From Octopus sinensis (Eukaryota): DNA of 64,000 nt. The stretch lies in contig NC_043003.1 in NCBI RefSeq assembly GCF_006345805.1, positions 81,964,001 to 82,028,000 of the forward strand, in the 5' to 3' direction. Each line of letters starts with the position of its first letter. The stretch's first letter is position 1. Below are positions 37,316-51,106 of the stretch, piece after piece. The position numbers and the translations under genes were made by a program. The notes below the pieces were generated by a model. The model was not told where the DNA came from. It worked only from the letters and a program-made list of their open reading frames with translations, and did not search any database.

Positions 37316-38123
37316 GCTTGGCTTAGATTTTCCTTTGGACCTGGCCAGGTCGGAGCAACCTCAAGATTAATCAGCCGAAATTGCGAGGATGATCCGGTTC
37401 TTGACTGAAGATTGAAGGCTTCCAATGTCCCGTCCGTATTTTTTGTATCGTCTTCTAAATGTTTTGCGTTCTTGTCTCAGGTTGTGTTTATTTTTTACAT
37501 ATACACATATATGGCGGCGCCCGTACCCTTTTTGGTCTTGTATGTAAGTACATTTTTCTTTACACTTTGCATTCCAATTTGATCTGTCTCTTTCTCTCTC
37601 TCTCTCTCTTCTCCTCCTCTGTTCCTTGTTTTTCTCTCTTCCTCTGTCCCTCTTTTCCTCTCTCTTCTCCTCACACGTGACTAACTTTGAACTGCTGTCC
37701 TGCTTTATCGTAGTCAGCAGCCGCCGAGGCTAGACACATTATCTTTCTCTCTTCGCCTCAAGGCATTTTTCCAATGCGCCAGCTCAAGTTCACCCGTCCC
37801 GTCGAAACGACGCCTGTCTGTGACGTCCTGTTTTTGTTATCATTATTATCATTAATGTTTTTTCGTATTTTTGTATTCTTATTCGTTCCCGTCCTTGTTT
37901 TCTGTACATTCGAGGCTTTCTTCCAAGGAATCTAATGCGCTTGGCTTAGATTTTCCTTTGGGGCTGGCCAGGTCGGAGCAATCTCAAGATTAATCAGCCG
38001 AAATTGCGAGGATGATCCGGTTCTTGACTGAAGATTGAAGGCTTCCAATGTCCCGTCCGTGTTTTTTGTATCGTCGTCTAAATGTTTTGCGTTCTTGTCC
38101 CAGTTTTTTTTTTACATATACAC
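37316..38123 (+). mobile_element. Non-coding direct-repeat element E3: repeats at ~37316-37507 and ~37939-38123, period 623 bp
   Basis: gcttggcttagattttcctttgg..gcgttcttgtc occurs twice with few differences; pyrimidine-rich spacer. Confidence 0.82.
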
Positions 38124-38891
38124 ACACACATATATATATATATACTGTGTGCATTAAATAATGATATATTATAATATATACAATGCATATATATGCATTA
38201 AATAATATATGTATGTGTATGAATGTGTGTACGTGTGCATGCGTGTGTGTGTATGTATGTATGTATACATCATACATATATGTACACACATTTGTATGCA
38301 TATTCCATATCATACGTTGAGAGGCTAACTATTGTGTAGAGTGTAGTTTTACTCTTAGTTCAAATCCACTTGATAAAATCATTTTCATAAATACGTATGT
38401 GTTAAAATCACTTTTCTAGATATACTGGTCAAATGATTTTCATATATTAATTTAATTTTCAACTGGATAAAGTTCTTTTATCTAACAAAACTTTGCCTGA
38501 AATTTACATGCGAAAACTGCGTAAATATACTTTTACACATATATCACTTATAGAACAGTAATTTAAATGAGGCTCAGATAAAGGCAGGAATATAATTACA
38601 CTAACCTGAAGTGTTCGTTTCTTTAAACTGTTCGTAACCTTTCCCGAAGATCCGATATTTGATAAGTTTATTGCTGATAACATCACATCTATCTTGACAC
38701 CATCTTTCAAGTTTAACCACATTGAGTCTTAGCGACGCTAATCATTACTAGTCTCTTTTAAGTCTAGGGATTGAATTTAATGAATACAGTGATATGTCTA
38801 TGCATAACTGTGAGTGCGAAATGTAATAGCTTTCAGGGATATATACGTTTGTGCATGTATGTGTGTGTTTATGCGTTAAAATACACTCAAT

Positions 38892-38923
<32 letters not shown>

Positions 38924-39769
38924 TATATACATACATATGCGTTACGTTCTCGTGTATATAAGTGTGCGTGCATATGATTCGAACGTTCTGGTTCTTGGAC
39001 TGAAAGAAAGTGTAGAAACGAACCACACAGACTGTAAATGAATACTTACCACATGTTACAGCTCTGAATATCCAGTTGTTTAGGTTCTATTAACCTCACC
39101 ATTTGCTGCTAATCATAAATGATTAGTAATACTTTATTTTACATGTATCTGAGTTTAAAATCAAATTTGAGCTAACGTGCACATGAGGTGTTCAATTTAT
39201 AACCGTTCAAATATAACCGAGAAAATATCGTCTGTAAAGGTATAAAAATTATATTCAGAATAATGCTCTCAGGGGCTATAAATAGCTGTAAATTTTAAAT
39301 ACTTGCCATATACTTTTGCCTAGATAGCCATTCATGAAATCATCATAAAACAAATATTTTCTTTAGAGTACCAGCTGTTTATGATGCAAATAGTCATTTT
39401 TGTAGGACGAGATATGTTGTAGTAAACATCTGGTTCTCTCTCTATATTTCATTTTCCGATTTTAGTTCCTTTTAATACACAATAAATCATAACAAGTACT
39501 ATTTGGTTGGGGGCTGTGCACTTTTAGTATTGAAAACCATGCTTAGTTTTGTGTTTTTTTGTTGTTAACGGTTTTTTCTGGTTCCTTCGATACTGGTTAT
39601 TTGGTTTCATAATTAACAAATTTGGCTTCAGCCCGTAGTATTATTTAGTTTCCGTAAACATTTCTTATTTACTTTCTGCCCGTCTCATTAAAAAGTATAA
39701 TTTCTGTTACCCAGTTATTTTAATTGTCTACTATCTTCTGCACTCGTGTATTTCTGTGTACATATATAA

Positions 39770-40380
39770 CCATGCCTAGAAGGATAGTGTCAAATGTGTC
39801 TACGATGTCAATGTCAGCCAAAGGAATGTTTCTGTTCAGGGAAAGAGAGACAGCTGCACAAAGGGAAATATACTATGAAACGAATAGAATGTGCACTACA
39901 AAAGCCACAGCATCTGAGAGTATGAACAGAGTTATGCACAGCAGAGAAGAAATAGGATCGCCCCTGCAGAATGAAAAGCAGTTGCAACAGCCCAGATAAG
40001 CAACTTCTATGAAGCAGCTTTCAATTATGATCCGGCAATTCATTTATGCAGATGACACTAGAGTTTCCATTGGTGCAATGACAACTGAGTTCATACCTTG
40101 TAAAGCGTCGAAGTGGCTTGGAGAAACACCTACACTGTGCTGCAGTGGTGGAAAGGTTAAATTCCCTGCAATCCTCCAACCTCCAAAGCCATTGAAGAAA
40201 CTGTTGTCATCAACTGACCAAGATTCCAAGCACTTCTAAAACAAAATTAGACAATAGAAGGCTGCACTAAAGATCACATTATTTGGAACCGGGATTCATC
40301 CAATTTTTCAAGATCCAAGATCAGATTTATCATTGGATTGGCTCTCTAATACCTCTGTCAAAGGAATCACCGAAATCGAC
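39770..40380 (+). mobile_element. Helitron Rep/helicase N-terminal fragment, inactivated
   Basis: CKASKWLGETPTLCCSGGKVKFP..PPKPLKKLL..SKHF*, then FKIQDQIYHWIGSL; this matches the conserved RepHel C..C..GE..G.CC..GKV and F..QGQ.YH.IGSL blocks. Confidence 0.88.
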
Positions 40381-40665
40381 CTTTCATTGTTTATAATCTG
40401 TACCCGTGTTTTGGTTACGTAATAAGCTACTCAAAACATGTTTTTGAATTACATGTATTTACTTTATATACATACATGGGTTGAACATTTTCTTTTAACA
40501 TTTCACTTAACGTTTATGTTACCCACTGGCATGTGTTGGAGAGTTATTAAGGTAGAAAGTTGGTATCTCATCTACTAGCAGTTAAGACCTGCGTAATATA
40601 GACGACGATTTCTCTCTTCAACTCGGACAACGCCGAATATTTCTGCTAGTATATATATACAAATA

Positions 40666-41250
<585 letters not shown>

Positions 41251-41439
41251 TAGGCACATGTATGTGACTAACTTACTGTACGTAAATAATATGTAAACAC
41301 TTTTATTCACAACCTCGAAATCTACGATGTTTTTCAATGTATACCTTAAAACGTTTAAATGCTTTGAGATTAATCTTTGAGAAATAATCCATGGCTTCTA
41401 CACATATACAATGAGTCTGTCTGTCTGTCTGTTTTTCAC

Positions 41440-41632
41440 TTTTTCGCTATTTTGGAACGCTGAACTCTGCATATTCTTTCTCTCTCCATTTTCTCCTATT
41501 CGGCCTTTCTGTCGACGGGCGTAGGGTCGAAACGTAAAACACTTCTTCACTTTTCCTGAGCGTTAAAATACTGCACCTTCTTCTTGTTCCTACACCTGTC
41601 TTCGTCTTTTGTTTTCTGTAAATTTGAATTAT
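41440..41632 (+). mobile_element. Penelope-like terminal repeat, family E4 copy 3, with degenerate hammerhead motif at 41504-41540
   Basis: ccttt CTGTCGA c gggc gtag ggtc GAAA cgt a aaac; shared body cctgagcgttaaa..cctgtcttcgtcttttgttt. Confidence 0.7.
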
Positions 41633-41639
41633 ATATGTA

Positions 41640-41673
<34 letters not shown>

Positions 41674-44600
41674 TGTGCTCACATTTGTGTGTGTGTGTTC
41701 GTTAATCGCCCGCTTCTGACTTATGAGGAATATATTCTCGCACAGGGTCAGACGCCCAGGCACACATATGCATATACGTAGCCACATGCATGCGCACACG
41801 CATACATACACACACAAACGCACACACACACACACATTTATATATATATACATATATATACATTGCGTATGTTCATAGACATTTTCAACCACTATTCTAA
41901 GAAGTAAATGAAACGTGATGTAAATCTGTTTAGAACAGCGGAAATAATATATAAAAACACATAAAGATTGGTAAATACAAAAAAATGTTTAAATTGCATG
42001 AGATGTAACTTACAAAATATACAGAGAAAGAAAATAAAATTTGGCAAATTTACCTAAGCTAAGTTGCTAAAGTACCACCTTATTGTTAGCTGTCAATTAG
42101 ATAATGTCTTTTCTCTCCAATTATGCAAGGTTTACTAAACTACAACTTGTCATGAGTGCTTGCTAAATCTTCACAGTAGATAAGCTCTATAAATTAAGAA
42201 TGTCTAACAAGCATGTCTTCTTGAAAGGTCATTCAAGTTGACGGTGATAATAATATCTTTAGAAATCATTCGAGTCTTCGTTCTGCACAGGGCCAGTAAT
42301 TTTAAAGTTGACGACCAAAAGTTGCAGGCACTAATATTGATGGATGAAGACAATTTAAATTCAATCCTACTTCTTTTCTTTTACTGTAGATCTAGTTTAT
42401 GAGTTATTTGGAAATCAACAAATAGTTGACATGATAATTTTATCAGCCTCAATGATTTTAATATCGCAAAATATTTCATTACTGATTTCGTCCAGGATGT
42501 AAAAATATAATGATTCTTCTATGTTCAATTTCTTTTTTGTGATATAAGAAATGTTGTACCCGTGTATTTATATATGTGTTTTGGCTCATTCTTTTCTTAA
42601 ATGAAGATATTTCTGCTTCAGTTTGTGTAAATATACGAGATTACATACAGCTGTAAGTTATACGCAGATAGTAACAATGCTAATAACACCACTGGCGAAT
42701 GCATAACTAGAAAGATATGTGTCACATTGGTCATTGCTGAAATATAGATAATTCTAAGAAAAATTATCAAACCAGTAACGAAAAAATATGAATACTTATA
42801 GAAAGAACAAAATAAAAGAATTAGTACAATACCACATCGAAATTACATGAGTATCTATATGATGTGTGTGTATATGAGTGGATGAATAGATATGTGTATG
42901 TATCTTTTTAACAGTCTCTGTATATCTATATCGATCTGACTATCTATATCTATGTGGGTATTGTTTTCCATTGCATGAAAAGAACGTATTACGTCAACTC
43001 TGAACAGCTTGGTAGTAAATTATATAACATGTACATAAATTTTACAACTCCATAATATCAGGTAATATTTTTTCTTCTTTGTAAGCTCATTGGTAAACAC
43101 AAACACACAGATATATAATTGATATTTCTAGTATTTTGATGTTACTAGAAATGCTAACTATTGATACGTGTATAGTATTTATAAAAAAATTTCTCGTTTT
43201 ATTTTCTGATTGGAAACTTCTACACAAAGTGACGCTTAAGTATTTTGTACTTTCATTTTTTACTAAAATACAACTTTGTACATGTTCTAAAGTAAAGTTA
43301 CAGAACACACACAATGGTACATAATGCGAAACTTTTAACATTCATCATAACTGACGTCTGATTTGATTGCCGTCCTTTTTTCTTTCTACATAAAACAGAC
43401 CGACTGATACATCAAAATCAGAAATTCTATCTAGATTTTATAATACAGCCTGAACATTTTGCTTATGCAAATAATCAATTTTGGATCCTGAAATATTACA
43501 ATCTTTATAGGAATATGTATACAAGGTACTGGATAACGTTAAGGTGATGAATATTCAAGGATAACTACAAAATGCTAATAACATACAGACTCGTGAATAA
43601 TTACGATTATAAGTAGTGGGTGTTATGTGAAAGTATATTAGCAGTCATTTATATTTACAGTACTGGTGCTCTATACTCGTATTATTGTCGGTAATTCTGG
43701 AAATTGCTTGTTTATTTGCCTCTTGCTCCCACTTTTCGGCGCACGCCTTGACAACTACAGCCACACATAATTCTGAATAATATTGTATAATGTGCATGTA
43801 ATTTTCCCGAATAATCTACGGGATATCGTTTCAGGGTTGATTCTCTGACGTAAATTACAATAGTAAGCTGTCTGAAAACCTGTATGATTCGTATCAATAC
43901 CATTGATAGCCTACGTACAAATGTTCAAGGAACTAAGTATGCAGAAGTAATAATATAACATTCTTCCAAGGCCTCCTATTTTTAGCTAAGCCCTCGACTT
44001 TCGGTTTCTGGGGCAGATCAAACGGTTAATTAGATGAGATGTATAACATAACATGTCAAATAACAACAATGTGACCAATATACCGGGCTATTGTTGAAAG
44101 TAAAATTCCCCACTCTCGTTTAAGTGGATTATTTTTTTAAGTCCTGTATCTAGTCCCATTTTTCAGAATCTTATCCGTCTTCTGTGTTGCAATGTGTTGT
44201 TCCGTATAGCGTATAAATCATTGTGTATCTGCTTAATTCCTTCCAGAATGAAAAGACGGAAAGAGATGGTTCCGAATTACCTAGGAGATAATGTAATTAG
44301 AATGCTAGAAGCTCATATAAAAGCTGTTCTGATCACTTAATTTTATGGCATGCCCACTGTACTAATGTTTAGATTACAATAGGCTTGGTAACATAAATAT
44401 CAGTCTTCAAATCTATGAGTGGCTCAAATATATTGTAACGTAAACAGCAATTGAAGTTAATAAATGGAGTCCAGTGCGCATGCGCATACAAATACTCATA
44501 TGGTAGAAATATAGCTGATTATCAGGTGTGTTATTTCGATGTTGTAAAATGATAAAGTACCGTTGCAGGTCCTCAATTTTAATATTCTTTGCAAGAGCTA

Positions 44601-47112
44601 TAATTCATTTCAGTATTATACAACACTTAATGCTCGTTTTTCTTTCGTATACTTAATCCTTTGAGTATACTTAGAATCATGTTTGCATTAATTTGGGTTT
44701 GTCGGCATTGCTATAGGCACTAAGCTCTCGTATTTAACTAACAAAATCAAATGTCATGCAACCTTATTTCGCTTTCTGTATAACTATGAGCCAGCTTTAA
44801 CTCAATGTGAGTAAATGGTTGCATAGTTACCATGTCTGTTTCATAAGGTTTTCACTATTTAATTTGGGAATGGTATTCAAATCTTGCCTAAGTAAACGTT
44901 ACGTTTATAAAATATATATAACTGCCACTATCAAATTCAGTCGATACAGCAATTTTCTCCTTCAATACTGAATATCATTTGTGCCTTGGAAGAAGCGGTT
45001 TTATATACGAAGGGAATCTGTGAATTCTCGTATATTCAGCTAGAATACAAAGGGCTTATACGGTATCAGCATTTAACTTGTCCTTTGAAAAGATGGTTCG
45101 AACAATTAACAATACGTCCCATTGGTCCACTTCATCGAAACCAATTCCTTACTTGTGCATTAAAATTCCAGTGTTATTTATCTGGTGTATATTTAAATAG
45201 TACGCGTATTCAAACACCTAAATTTCAATTATATTCCTGTCTCATTGCATGCAGGTCCAAAAGTGTGGCAATACTGAGGAATATGTTATTAGCAGTCATT
45301 AATGACATTTGCAACAGCTTATACTATTATGAACAATATCATCATGTTAAATGGAAACATTGAGAATCTATAGTACAACTTATGTTAATATTTGCCGATC
45401 ATGTTCGTCTATGTATTACGCAACGTATTTCTGCTGGGATGTTTTCAGCATCCATTTTACATACAAAACCTTTTTCTTGATATTACCTGTAATCCTCCTA
45501 TGGTTACAGCTACATGGAAATATTTAATCAAGTGTGCCGAAGACACGATGCAATCATAGGATCAAAACAAAAGCTAGGGAGGATGTATATCACGCTCATT
45601 AGCATTTATCTCCTGTATTAGAGTTAATAACTTGGTCTGATATTAATTATTAGTTTTCGCCTTATAATGTGTCATTCCCTTTAAAAGAGAGCCAGTATTG
45701 AGATGTATGACAATTAGTTAACAGATTCAACAAATGAAATCATAACAACTTATATTGCCTCATTCATACTAAAGAAACACACTAAATCTTTAGTTGACTT
45801 TTGGACATTACTTTTCTAGTCAGAATTATGTGCAACTTAGCCGGTTTTATATATTCCTAAAGCCTTTCATTAATTATTTCAAGAACTGCACTGCTAAGCA
45901 ATCAGTTTTCAACGACTCCCACAAAGAGTGACTTCATAATTGTTATACCTAGGTGAAGCATGATTGAGGTGAGATATGATGAAAAAGCTTTCCAGGAATG
46001 ACCATACAGTCTATTTATTCAAGGTGTTCCTAGTTTCTTAGATGAATGTGATTTAGAAGAGACTGGGCTATCATTTGTAGGTGGTAAAACGTCAGTAACA
46101 GGTGCCATCGCTGATCGTTGTTCCAGCGATATGTAATCACATTCCATTTGACTCCTGAAACATGAACACGAGAAGAAACTGGCCTGCAATTTCTATTAAA
46201 TTTAAAAAGGAACATATTTTACGAATGAAAATGATATCATAAAACGACCTTCACGCATGTAATAAGATAAAATCTTCATCGTAAACAATGAAAATTGTAA
46301 ATTTCATGACCCGGACAATTATGTCAATTTCTCTTCAGTTGACTATGTATTTACGAGAAATCATCGTAACCCAAGATACTACTGCAATAAAATAAAATAC
46401 AAAAGAAAAAAAAATAGTTAAGCAGCACCACATTTTTTTTAGAGAATTCAAGAATAAAAAAACTGTGGAAGTTTCATCACTAGCCAAATGCCAACTAAAT
46501 ATAAACACTCTGATGCACTATATGTAAATAAATCATGGAATCTTCTATACTTCAAAGCTGTATAACTTCTTAAATCTGTTGTTGACTAATTTACCAGTTA
46601 TATCAATATGTGTTGTTGCTACTTACCGCAAAGCATGCGGGTAACATGCCATCAATATCATCACGTCTTTCTAATACTGGGTGGGTAATGTTTACACATG
46701 TTTATGGGCAAATGAGTTTAAGAATGCAGTAGTTTCAAAGTTAGCATAAAGGATTAACGAAATTAGTTAATTAGATGATTAGTGAAAGTACAGACAAATT
46801 GGTTGTTCGACTTCACTGCGCGACCATCATCATAAGAGTTCAAATAAAAATCGAAGGTATTTTCTTAATGATATTGGTTTGTATATTAGTTACATTCTTT
46901 TACAAATATGCTTTAAAGAAAACTACTATGGATGGCTCCTTTAAGTGGTTTCATAGTACGCTAGTAATTTTTAATTCTTTGTGTTAGTGATAATTTTAGA
47001 TGACTTTACACTGTCTTTATTTCCAGAATTTTTTTCCGATGAACGGAACAGCCTGCTCGTGAAATTAATGTGCACCCTTAACCTATTTTTCTGGAAGATT
47101 CAATGTGAAATA

Positions 47113-47346
47113 CAGTAATCCGTCGCCATATCTCGGTTCACCTATCGCGGTTTATTATTCAACCTTACGGTGATTCCTATGTGGTGTTGATTTGCATTTA
47201 TAGCAAACTAAATATATATATAAATTATAAAAAATTATAAAAATAATATTAAAAATATACAGTACACAACTGATTCTACTTCACAAATTTTCACCTATCG
47301 TGGTGTGTTTTAGGACGTAACACACGCGATAGTCGAGGAATTATTG
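47113..47346. mobile_element. Tc1/mariner (pogo/Tigger-type) MITE
   Basis: ta|cagtaatccgtcgccatatc ... gatagtcgaggaattattg|ta: imperfect TIRs, TA duplication, 234 bp. Confidence 0.75.
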
Positions 47347-47351
47347 TACAT

Positions 47352-47433
47352 TACTAATTTTTGTCACCTATCTATTTATATATCTGTCTATCTACTAATT
47401 TTTGTCACCTATCTATTTATATATCTGTCTATC
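47352..47433. repeat. Exact 41-bp tandem duplication
   Basis: tactaatttttgtcacctatctatttatatatctgtctatc occurs twice. Confidence 0.95.
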
Positions 47434-48436
47434 TATCCATTTATCTATCTAACTATCTATCTATTCATCTTTCTATCTACCCATCCTTCTATCCATCTAT
47501 CTGCTTGTCTGTCTGTGCATCTCACATCCAAGAATGGAAACGCCAAACTCACGTTTATGAGTGCAACATCCAAACCACTAAGGTACACGCCTTCAGACAC
47601 ACACACACAAACACGCACAAGTACACAAACACACACATGCACACTCATTTGTGTACCTTACGCATACCTAAAACTAACCAGTTATATTTCATTACATATA
47701 TATACATGCATACACAGGTACAATTACGTACACACATACAATGGGCTGAAGTTCAGTACAGTAATGTGGGATGGTCACTGAGAATACACGGATTTATTTT
47801 TAATGCTAATACTAGTAACCATCAGACGGATCCCTGTATAAATGAAAAAATAAATCTGCAGTCGATAAAATTTACGATAAAATGTAGTAAAATATTTCTT
47901 GACTTGAATTCTTATTTCTGGTATAAATTTTATTGCTATTTTTGTGAGCATTTTTGAGATATAACTCTTTACAAAGTTTTCGGATTAGTATTCTCATCGA
48001 TAAATTACTTGTCGGAAATGTAGGCTTACATACATTTACTACTCGGTGACTAAGTTTGTTTATCCGTATGGCCATTTCTTCTCTACCTTTAACATCTCGT
48101 TTCTGATACCAACTGAATGATGATTTCGCTATCGGCACGTTTATAACAGCTACATATCACGCTAAACCCTGTGGATTTATCCTTCATACGTACGTCTGTC
48201 AGTGGTGAAATGCTAATCTAAGCGTTGTAGGTTTGTACAAGTTGTCTGCAATGCTGTTATGTAAATTTCGTGTGACTGATACGATGTAAGTTTTTCTGTA
48301 CTGTTAGGCTATTTTAAAATAGCAACACAGAGATGGGTGCGCCTGCGTATACTTCCTTCCATCTATCTGTCTGTCTATCTATCTATTTATATTTCTATTT
48401 ATTTATCTATCTATCTATCTACCTATTAATATATAT

Positions 48437-48475
<39 letters not shown>

Positions 48476-48485
48476 TATATATATA

Positions 48486-48516
<31 letters not shown>

Positions 48517-48529
48517 GATATATATATAT

Positions 48530-48534
<5 letters not shown>

Positions 48535-48620
<86 letters not shown>

Positions 48621-48625
48621 TACAG
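48535..48625. repeat. (GATA)n microsatellite
   Basis: Pure gata run. Confidence 0.97.
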
Positions 48626-49229
48626 ACAGACGGATAGATAAGGATATGTATGACTTAAAAGTATATCGATACAGAAGTGGTATAGTTAGAAGTGCAAAAT
48701 AGGATTTACAAATTTGTATAACCTATATTTCCGCAGCTAAATGTATATTATCCGTGCATTGAAGAAAAGATACTGTATTTATATCATGAGTCTTTGTGAC
48801 CAGAATGGAGGCGATCGTTTTGAGTGGATTTAATGTTCATAAAAGAAACCGCCACACACTCATGTCCAGTCAGCACAATATCTTGAAAGAATTATTTTGA
48901 GGAATGCCGTTTGCTTAAGACTACTATGGGCAACGTCAACAAATATATGCGCAATATATAGGGAAGAGCTGAATAGCCGTAAACGTAAGAGAACAGTACT
49001 AGCGTAGAACCAGAAGCTTTTAGCAATGCTATGAAACGCAGGTACATTTCTCTGTTCATAAAGTTTTATAAACTGATTACAACATGCTGTCCGCTTTTCA
49101 CTATGTTAGTTTTAGACAGAAACAAAAATTATTTAAAGATTTCTTGCAGTGATTAATATCCACAACGTATACATTACTCAATTCTCAATAAGATTTTGCT
49201 ACAGCCAGCTCTGTTTCGGAAGTTTAACG

Positions 49230-49400
49230 CGTGAAAGTCAGAGTCATACTTTTTTTCCAAATGTCTTCGGCTAATTTCAACCTCGGTGGTTTTTCTCGCT
49301 TTTACGCCATCGATAATGATAGATATTTTTCTTAGTATGCTGTTGCCAATAGTAACTTGCTTCTGACGAAAACCAAAGAGGCTGCAATGTGCATTTAGCA
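49230..49400 (-). mobile_element. Decayed LINE RT fragment
   Basis: GFRQKQVTIGNSILRK...HLEKKYD resembles GFR...T...I..LR...DLEKAYD. Confidence 0.4.
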
Positions 49401-49611
49401 ATGTCATCACCGCTGGTGAACGATTGTTTTTTGCTACTGATACATTTTTTTCTCGTTTTTAACACTGTAAGAATATAAAGGATATTAAGAGGACAGTTTT
49501 CAATGATGTATCAGCTATAAGTATTGTACACAAATTACAATACTTTACTCATTCGAATACCTTTTTTTCACATAGAGTTTATGTCCTACTTTACATCATT
49601 CTATTTTCATA

Positions 49612-49660
<49 letters not shown>

Positions 49661-49826
49661 TTATGCATATATATGTATATATATGTGTATGTATATATAT
49701 ATATACATATACATACATGCATATGTACACATGTGTACTTGTGTGCGCATGTGTGTGCGCGTGTGTATGTATATGTACATATATATATATGTATATATAT
49801 ATATATTCGTATATATATATATATAC

Positions 49827-49873
<47 letters not shown>

Positions 49874-49949
49874 CATATATATATACATACATATATATAT
49901 GCATATATATATATATATTTACTTATGTATATATATGTATATATATGTG

Positions 49950-49991
<42 letters not shown>

Positions 49992-50602
49992 TATATACAC
50001 ATGTGTGCTTGTGTGCGCATGTGTGTGCGCGTGTGTATGTATATGTGTGTTGTGTGTGTGTGGAGAGAGGAAGACAAAGAGAAAGAGAGAGAGAGAGTAG
50101 AGATGGCAAATATACAATCGAAAAACCCTGCATCAGGTGAAGCAAAAGTACCTTTAGACGTAATTACCTGCAGCGTATCCATTCATTTAGATCCAAGGAT
50201 ATATATATCATGCAACGTTCTCTGCAAAATTTACTGAAAGAGCAGAGGAATGCAATAGCCATAATAGCTAATCTTTTCCTTCCTCTTTTCTCAGTGAATA
50301 TTCACACAGCAAAATCACTGACCCTGAGACTGATATATCTAGTTGCAAGAGATTGCATACGTAAAACAAAGGAAAATGTCAATGAAGTGATCCTAGATAA
50401 AAGACACGTCTTCCCATGCCCTAATCAAGGAAGTGGCTACTAAGAAACAGGAAATGCTGAGTTGACATGTAAGAAAGACGTGCAGTTTCACTATGGATTC
50501 ATATTAGGTGACAGCAAGTGTATCACTCAAAGAATTCTTATAACTACCTGTTAAGTAAAATGAATTGCCGAATTACAGTGTGATTCAATATATTTGTTGA
50601 GA

Positions 50603-50818
50603 AAGGCGGCGAACTGGCAGAAACGTTAGCACGCCGGGCGAAATGCTTAGCGGTATTTCGTCTGCCGCTACGTTCTGAGTTCAAATTCCGCCGAGGTCGA
50701 CTTTGCGTTTCATCCTTTCGGGGTCGATAAATTAAGTACCAGTTGCGTACTGAGGTCGTTCGAATCGACTGGCACCCCCCAAAAAATTTGAGGCCTTGTG
50801 CCTAGATTAGGAAAATAT
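50603..50818 (+). mobile_element. tRNA-derived SINE, full length, tail type B
   Basis: ggcggcgaactggcagaaacgttagcacgccgggcgaaatgc..; tail ggcaccccccaaaaaatttgaggccttgtgcctag. Confidence 0.93.
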
Positions 50819-51106
50819 ATATATATATAATGATAAGATTGTTATTTAAATATCGATCTTATCCAGTGGCCAGCATGGGAATAAAAACCTTCAAAGGTAA
50901 TAATTATTAAAATTATAATTTAGGGTATCTAAGAGATACCACCACGCCGGAAACGGCTCCCAAAACTTGATTCTAGACCCACATTAAATGTGGATTCTTA
51001 TTAGGTGACAGCAAAATGTATAAACAGTTAATGTTCTTTTAGAGTCAAGTTTTTTAACCCCAAGAGAACACCTTCTCCAGCTGGTTAACGACGCAACGTA
51101 TGACAG

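Noticed and set aside
37316-37435. HDV-like ribozyme in the E3 repeat
   Set aside because: I could not assemble the P1/P2/P3 nested pseudoknot by hand.
49524-50237. 237-aa ORF and the many other YI/CV/TH/IYLS-rich ORFs in the track
   Set aside because: These are translations of (TA)n, (TG)n and (GATA)n microsatellites, which lack stops in some frames.
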